A stretch of DNA of 64,000 nucleotides from an uncultured Pseudobdellovibrionaceae bacterium (GTDB taxonomy: Bacteria > Pseudomonadota > Alphaproteobacteria > Micavibrionales > Micavibrionaceae), in contig CAZOVG010000006.1 in the NCBI GenBank assembly GCA_964583335.1, positions 43,675 through 107,674 on the forward strand. The letters run 5' to 3'. The notes beneath the pieces were generated by a model. It searched no databases, had not been told where the DNA came from, and saw nothing but the letters and a program-made list of their open reading frames with translations. Position 1 is the stretch's first letter, and each line of letters begins with the position of its first letter. Positions 62,753 to 64,000 of this stretch are shown one piece after another. A program made the position numbers and the translations under genes.

Positions 62753-64000
62753 ATGAAGATAAACCAAAAGACAGCCGCCAAGCGCCCCGAACGCTCTGAA
62801 CTCCTGATGCCCGCCGGATCTCTGGAGAAGCTTAAAGTTGCCGTTCTGTACGGAGCCGATGCGATTTACATGGGCACGCCGGATATGTCCTTGCGGACTA
62901 AGTCCAGTTTTACACTGGACGAGGTGGTGGAGGGGATCGAGTTCGCCCACGCGCACGGCAAGCGGGTTTACCTGACGCTGAACCTGTTTACGCACAATAA
63001 GGATATCGCCAAGCTGCCGGAATATATCGAGACGGTGCGGAAAGTGAAGCCGGACGGGCTGATCATCGCCGACCCCGGTGTGTTTCAGTTTGTAAAAGAA
63101 CAGGCGCCGGAGCTGGAGTTACATATCTCCACGCAGGCGAATATCTGTTCATGGCTGTCGGTCAAGTTCTGGCAGGATGCGGGGGCGAGCCTTTGCGTGC
63201 TGGGCCGTGAAGTGACGTTTGAAGAATTATCGGAAATCCGAGAGCATTGCGCGGACATCAAGCTGGAGGCCTTCGTGCACGGCGCGATGTGCATGACGTA
63301 TTCGGGGCGGTGCCTGCTGTCTAACTTTATGTCCGAGCGCGGGGCCAATCAGGGGAATTGCGCGAATAGCTGCCGCTGGAGCTATAAAGTCCATATCCGC
63401 ATGAAGGACGGGACGATCAAGGATCTGGAGATCAACGAGACAAACCGCGAGATGTTCGAGTTCTTCCTTGAGGAAGGGCATAGACCGGGCGAGATGATGC
63501 AGCTCGAAGAGGACGATCGGGGGTCGTATATTCTGAATTCTCGCGATCTGTGCCTCATGCCAAAGCTCGACGATTACTTAAGGATCGGGGTGGACTCGCT
63601 TAAGGTCGAGGGGCGCAACAAGAGCGCGTTTTATGTCGGTGTCGTGGCGCGGGCCTATCGCATGGCGATCGATTCCTATTACCGCGATCCGGCCAACTGG
63701 GACCCCAAGCCGTTTATGGCGGAGCTTGAGACGGTTCCGAACCGGGGCTATACGCTGGCGTTCCATGAAGGTCGGTTGACCAATCTCTCGCACGGGTACG
63801 ACAACACGGGTACTTTTGCCACGTATGAATTCGCGGGCATGATTACGGCGGTCACGGACGATGCGTTCCATATGCACGTCAAGAACAAGCTTGTCGCCGG
63901 GGACGTTCTGGAGTTCGTCCCGCCTAACGCAAACGATCCTATCCTGCTGCGGATCTATTCGTTTGAGAATGCGGAGAACGGCAAGGTCACCGAGGTCGTG
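62753..64000 (+). CDS. Peptidase U32 family protein (YegQ/TrhP-like), 3' end outside window
   Basis: My translation from the ATG at 62753 is MKINQKTAAKRPERSELLMPAGSLEKLKVAVLYGADAIYMG... It includes the conserved FVHGAMCMTYSGRCLLS motif and stays open to the window end. Confidence 0.8.
   Translation, partial: MKINQKTAAKRPERSELLMPAGSLEKLKVAVLYGADAIYMGTPDMSLRTKSSFTLDEVVEGIEFAHAHGKRVYLTLNLFTHNKDIAKLPEYIETVRKVKPDGLIIADPGVFQFVKEQAPELELHISTQANICSWLSVKFWQDAGASLCVLGREVTFEELSEIREHCADIKLEAFVHGAMCMTYSGRCLLSNFMSERGANQGNCANSCRWSYKVHIRMKDGTIKDLEINETNREMFEFFLEEGHRPGEMMQLEEDDRGSYILNSRDLCLMPKLDDYLRIGVDSLKVEGRNKSAFYVGVVARAYRMAIDSYYRDPANWDPKPFMAELETVPNRGYTLAFHEGRLTNLSHGYDNTGTFATYEFAGMITAVTDDAFHMHVKNKLVAGDVLEFVPPNANDPILLRIYSFENAENGKVTEVV

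Overview
Alphaproteobacterial-type chromosome segment in two parts. (1) Positions 1-43542 are the right-hand ~43.5 kb of a temperate siphovirus-like prophage; its left end lies outside the window. Genes run almost entirely on the minus strand. From high to low coordinates: AT-rich orphan cargo beside tRNA-Ser(UGA); a LexA-family repressor with two overlapping orphan genes (+ strand); a four-gene large-serine-recombinase module; an ECF-like sigma factor; a recombination/replication module (Sak4-like ATPase, DUF669-like, DEAH helicase, Cas4-like nuclease, Toprim primase-helicase, RuvC-like); three orphan DNA methyltransferases; a five-gene + strand island; lambda-type packaging and head genes; tail genes with a G/GT-type -1 frameshift; tape measure; GTA-type distal tail genes (g12-g15 homologues) interrupted by a secreted thermonuclease; fibre-like genes; and a lysis cassette. 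(2) Positions 43.5-64 kb are core chromosome: murein enzymes, tmk-holB-metG-tatD synteny, an orphan HExxH protein, a putative Zur-controlled MacB-type ABC/DUF3299 cluster, an NtrC-type activator facing a textbook sigma-54 promoter, a fused membrane spermidine-synthase-like protein, tRNA-Arg(CCU) and a U32 peptidase. The most unusual observations are: a ~1.2 kb same-strand dual-frame overlap at the C5-methyltransferase locus, where both frames read like methyltransferase sequence; a repressor-linked, translationally coupled pair of orphan genes arranged like cI-rexAB; an opposite-strand gene island driven by two copies of an exact 17-bp palindrome-containing motif; and a dense CAGATTG iteron array. 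All family assignments come from motif recognition by eye, with no database search.
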